This document shows positions 60,454 to 64,000 of a stretch of 64,000 nucleotides of DNA, piece by piece; the first letter of the stretch is position 1, and each line of letters starts with the position of its first letter. The notes under the pieces are model-generated. The model worked only from the letters and a program-made list of their open reading frames with translations. It was not told where the DNA came from and searched no databases. The translations under genes and the position numbers were made by a program. The stretch is from Coriobacteriia bacterium (GTDB taxonomy: Bacteria > Actinomycetota > Coriobacteriia > WRKU01): the NCBI GenBank assembly GCA_009777935.1, contig WRKU01000004.1, positions 3,097 through 67,096 on the forward strand, read 5' to 3'.

Positions 60454-61257
60454 CTAAGATACATTCCGGCTACCACCTTCATCAGATGTTGTCTCTGTGG
60501 TCAGCCCATCGAAGTTTTCCGGCCGATATACCATTCGTGCGTATTGGCCCAGAAGGTTTCCCGATAGCAAGAGACCCCCAGTACGTATGAGTGATTGAGC
60601 AGCTGCGACTACCGCAATCACTCCGCTGTACATAAGACGAGACTGAAAAATATCAGATGATATGCAAGCGTGCAAAAGTTGATTGGCAAGTAGAATAATA
60701 AGGAGCACTGATATTTCTATCGCAATAATAATGAATAAGATTTTTTTATCGCAGAAAAAATCAGCAGGTCTTATGTCCGTGTGCGTGACGAATAACTTGT
60801 CAAAACGCACATATCTAATCCATAGAAGAACACTGGGAATAACTGCTGCGAAAGAAATAACTTGAGGCAAAGTGCTACCTATGTCAAAAGAAGAGATAGC
60901 AGATATCATTTCAAAAACCAACAAAAGGGGAAACATGAATGCAATTAGAATAGCAAAGAAAATAATCATTTTGCCAATACCGCGCCTTATGTGACGTAAC
61001 CAGTCAGAGAGAAGCGGTAGCCCCTCTGGGTTGCACGAATAGATATTATGTGCGTACGAAATACTGTATCCATTTTGGTACAGCATCACACAAAAAGAGA
61101 TGGGAATTAATAAAATTGCTGCTTGTGGTAAAAACACCCTTATCCATAAAACAAACTCTAGACCAAAAAGTATCAGTAAAGTAAAAAGAATCCTTGGTGT
61201 TTTTACTATCTCGACAACAGTATTTTTTAGAGAAATACTTTGATACGCCACTTTCAT
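60454..61257 (-). CDS. Hypothetical multi-pass membrane protein
   Basis: Several hydrophobic segments; AT-rich coding sequence. Confidence 0.75.
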   Translation of the reverse strand: MKVAYQSISLKNTVVEIVKTPRILFTLLILFGLEFVLWIRVFLPQAAILLIPISFCVMLYQNGYSISYAHNIYSCNPEGLPLLSDWLRHIRRGIGKMIIFFAILIAFMFPLLLVFEMISAISSFDIGSTLPQVISFAAVIPSVLLWIRYVRFDKLFVTHTDIRPADFFCDKKILFIIIAIEISVLLIILLANQLLHACISSDIFQSRLMYSGVIAVVAAAQSLIRTGGLLLSGNLLGQYARMVYRPENFDGLTTETTSDEGGSRNVS

Positions 61258-61338
61258 TTAGTCTCTCACTTTCATGGATTCAGTATATTGCCATACGGCA
61301 AATATCGTGTCTACTGAACTTATAGTGGCAATCGAATC

Positions 61339-61827
61339 TCATAGCTGTGTCCTTTTACGAGAAAATTTCTTGACCGTCTCTTTGCGGAAGTTGTTGTAAG
61401 CTTTCATGATGGGAAGTTCTTGCAAGACAAGACCGGCTGCAACAAATGAGATAGCATCAATAACAGAAATCCATAGCAGCCAACTTTCCCCATAGTCCAC
61501 ATCCCCAAAAATTATTACAAACAAGCTAAGGCCACCTTGGAATATCAGAAGAAAACTGGCAAGTCTTGTCGAGTTTGCTCTATAGACCATCATTAGTGCG
61601 ACGATAGAAAGAATCAACCACAAAAAAGACGTACCTGAGAGAACTTGCACCCATACCCACAGAAGAACAATAATGATTGCTATTCTTCGGGCTTTACGAA
61701 GACGGAAATTCTGCTCAATGGCATGGTCCATCTCTGCTCTTACATGCGCACGTCGCTTCTGGGGCGTAAGAGCAGCTACTCGCTGATCTTCGTTTTCCTG
61801 TTCGGCACTAGAAAATAGTACACTCAT
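61339..61827 (-). CDS. Hypothetical membrane protein
   Basis: About four hydrophobic segments; GGAG RBS. Confidence 0.75.
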   Translation of the reverse strand: MSVLFSSAEQENEDQRVAALTPQKRRAHVRAEMDHAIEQNFRLRKARRIAIIIVLLWVWVQVLSGTSFLWLILSIVALMMVYRANSTRLASFLLIFQGGLSLFVIIFGDVDYGESWLLWISVIDAISFVAAGLVLQELPIMKAYNNFRKETVKKFSRKRTQL

Positions 61828-61883
61828 GTTTCCTCCAGATCGCCACTTCGATTATATAGACGACCAGCATTTGATTAATCGAT

Positions 61884-62423
61884 TTAGTGTTTCAATCTGT
61901 CTTTTCCTGTGTCAATCTCATATTTTTCCAGTATCTCATTCGTGCGCACTCGATGCTGTTTGATGCTCTCCTGTGACAGCATAAGAAATCCTAGTACAAT
62001 AAGCAACAAAAACAGGAGAGTCCCTGGCCCAAAAGAAAGATACACGAGCATTACTGACAGGTGAAAACTCCCGCTGCCAATCATGAGTAGAGCGGGAATT
62101 TTTGTATTATTCAGTATGAGAATGGAATAGACTCCAAAAACCACCACTCCAATAACCACAAGATAGAGTATTCCTTCAAGAAATATGCGAAATATGGCTT
62201 CTGGGGGAAAATTTGCATTTATTCCGGGAAGTAGGTATTGCAGGAAAAGAAGTGTTTGGAAGAGCAATATAATAACGGCCCAAATAATCGTATAAGCAAG
62301 AGCAGAGCTCCTACCTCGCGCATATTGAGGATTTATTGAAGGCTCTCGCTTCATCTCACAAAGCATGCTGTCACGTCTGTCGTTTTTTGGTGAGTCGCTC
62401 GGCGCATGCCAATCTTTTCTCAT
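61884..62423 (-). CDS. Hypothetical membrane protein
   Basis: About four hydrophobic segments; true start may be a downstream ATG. Confidence 0.7.
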   Translation of the reverse strand: MRKDWHAPSDSPKNDRRDSMLCEMKREPSINPQYARGRSSALAYTIIWAVIILLFQTLLFLQYLLPGINANFPPEAIFRIFLEGILYLVVIGVVVFGVYSILILNNTKIPALLMIGSGSFHLSVMLVYLSFGPGTLLFLLLIVLGFLMLSQESIKQHRVRTNEILEKYEIDTGKDRLKH

Positions 62424-62425
62424 AT

Positions 62426-62671
62426 TCAGACCTCAATAAGGTCATGTGTGACAATGTTTTTGCCTGATTCAAAATCAGAAGCACGGGAAACAAGTTCGTC
62501 TTTGGTCAATACATCCGAAGTAATTTCAAAGGGCAAGCGACGATTGCGCACAACAGTTCGAGCAAACAAGTTGATTGCCGTAGAGGTCCCCATGCCTACC
62601 TCCGCACAAAACTCATCAAGCTGACGCTTGACATCAGAATCCATCCTAACGCTGAATGTTGAATTAGCCAC
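62426..62671 (-). CDS. RelB/DinJ family antitoxin, no cognate toxin seen
   Basis: SVRMDSDVK...GMGTSTAINLFAR...RLPFEI; GTG 62671 after GGAGG. Confidence 0.85.
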   Translation of the reverse strand: MANSTFSVRMDSDVKRQLDEFCAEVGMGTSTAINLFARTVVRNRRLPFEITSDVLTKDELVSRASDFESGKNIVTHDLIEV

Positions 62672-62689
62672 GGTAACCTCCACCTCATG

Positions 62690-62717
62690 CTATTACAATT
62701 TATATAAATTGTAATAG
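62690..62717. promoter_or_regulatory. 28-bp perfect palindrome upstream of the antitoxin, candidate operator
   Basis: CTATTACAATTTATATAAATTGTAATAG equals its own reverse complement. Confidence 0.75.
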
Positions 62718-62781
62718 ATATAGCAACTCATGTCAAACAACTGGTTAATATTTGTCGCTATTCAGTGATATTGAATCATGC

Positions 62782-63231
62782 TCACTCACAGTTTGCACGT
62801 ATACCGTGACACCGGTTCATATGCTCACTGCAAATCGCTATAAACTTATCGATCTCTTCTTGTGTGCTGAAGGCAGATTTAGGAATAATAATCCGCTTCT
62901 TAGGGTATCCATGCAAGATGCACAAAAACTTTTCTTCGTTGTCGATATTGCGCACTTTCTCCCAAGGAATTGGCTTCAATTGTTTCGGGTGCCTACGTTG
63001 TTTGGCTGCAAATAGTACAGATATCCCGTGTGCCATACCAAAAGCACGATAAGAGTAAACAGGAAACCACAGTGCGAGCGTTAATATAGGCACAAGAGCA
63101 ATGGAACCGACATAAAAAGCCCATATTAATCTTCTGAGAAACCTTGCATGCGTTTCGGTGCTGTACAATGCAATGAGATATTTGTAGACTTCATTGCTAT
63201 TCATCGAAATATTTACCGTTATAGACTGCAT
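62782..63231 (-). CDS. Hypothetical membrane protein, YcxB-like
   Basis: Two TM helices, then IPWEKV...RIIIPKSAF, resembling the YcxB C-terminal domain (recalled). Confidence 0.65.
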   Translation of the reverse strand: MQSITVNISMNSNEVYKYLIALYSTETHARFLRRLIWAFYVGSIALVPILTLALWFPVYSYRAFGMAHGISVLFAAKQRRHPKQLKPIPWEKVRNIDNEEKFLCILHGYPKKRIIIPKSAFSTQEEIDKFIAICSEHMNRCHGIRANCE

Positions 63232-63263
63232 ATTTTTTTATCCTCACTTTCTCTTAACTATCT

Positions 63264-63893
63264 CTAGCCTCCCTCTAGACTACTTTGAATTTCAACTTCT
63301 CCCAACCAGTTGGCATAACAAAGATTTTCGAGTTCATTGTCTTGGCGCGGCATGTCAAGAGCTGTTAAAGGAATAATGATGACTCGCCATGATAGAAAGC
63401 GAGAATGCCATGGCGGATTGACAAGAAAATACCATGCATCTGCCAGCCGATAGACTGCCTTGATTTCTTTCCACGGGATATTTTTTGTGGATCGTTCATA
63501 TTTTTTGTCAATGCTAATACCGTAAGAATCAATCACTAATTTTACTGTTCCAATCGCTCTTGGATAAGAGCGTGAACTTACGGCCAGTGTTGGATTAGGG
63601 TTCATAAATAGTTGATATCGCGTAATAGCATTGGCTATAACAAAGGGTGATGCAAAGATAAGAACAACGAAAGTTGCTATTGTTTCAAAAGAAAATAAAA
63701 CTCTTCTTTGCCCCAGTCCTAACACTATCGCTACACATATGATGACACCAATCAGGGTCAGAGGAATCTGTTTTCTCCAAAATAAATTTTTATAGAATCG
63801 CACGTATGATTCCTGCTCAAAAAGTGCAGTGAGATAATCTGCTACATCAGCATCAAGTAACGTAAAATTCACTATTACGCAAAGTGTATTCAT
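63264..63893 (-). CDS. Hypothetical membrane protein, YcxB-like
   Basis: Two TM helices, then IPWKEIKAVY...VIIIPLTAL. Confidence 0.65.
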   Translation of the reverse strand: MNTLCVIVNFTLLDADVADYLTALFEQESYVRFYKNLFWRKQIPLTLIGVIICVAIVLGLGQRRVLFSFETIATFVVLIFASPFVIANAITRYQLFMNPNPTLAVSSRSYPRAIGTVKLVIDSYGISIDKKYERSTKNIPWKEIKAVYRLADAWYFLVNPPWHSRFLSWRVIIIPLTALDMPRQDNELENLCYANWLGEVEIQSSLEGG

Positions 63894-64000
63894 CCCCGTG
63901 CCCCACTCTCTCCTCTCAAACAAAATAGATATCTCGAACCTCTAACGAGACGAAGGTTCGATTGCAACTATGACATCACCCACTTTAAATACACGCCCCA

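Overview
A high-GC bacterial chromosomal segment, mostly on the minus strand. Gene content and protein style suggest Actinomycetota class Coriobacteriia (inference, not a database hit). The housekeeping backbone includes ruvCAB, pdxS, lgt, class II ribonucleotide reductase with two NrdR boxes, thyX, rpmE, rho, rarA, hisS/aspS, tuf-rpmG-tRNA-secE-nusG-rplKA, five tRNAs, purSQL, and murC-murB-ftsQ-ftsZ-pgeF with pstSCAB-phoU inserted before yggS. There is also a sulfur-metabolism cluster: an Rrf2 regulator, metF, cysK, an ABC importer with two binding proteins, a deleted metB-like gene and patB. The main accessory feature is a family of three paralogous ~720-740 aa surface proteins (9846-12072, 18445-20617, 21604-~23753). 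Each carries a run of exactly 12 G near its 5' end, upstream of the signal/anchor segment, which separates the likely start codon from the main ORF. For copies 1 and 2, removing one G restores a full in-frame gene. This pattern fits slipped-strand phase variation, with all three copies OFF as written, unless it is a homopolymer sequencing error. The paralogs are domain mosaics, share 3' non-coding elements including a 99-bp repeat with a G-U-compatible hairpin, and two of them flank a dinJ-yafQ toxin-antitoxin pair. Other oddities: a ~165-bp element at the tRNA-Trp 3' end, an internally shortened YebC, extended L11 and L31, and an AT-rich block of membrane-protein genes at the right end.
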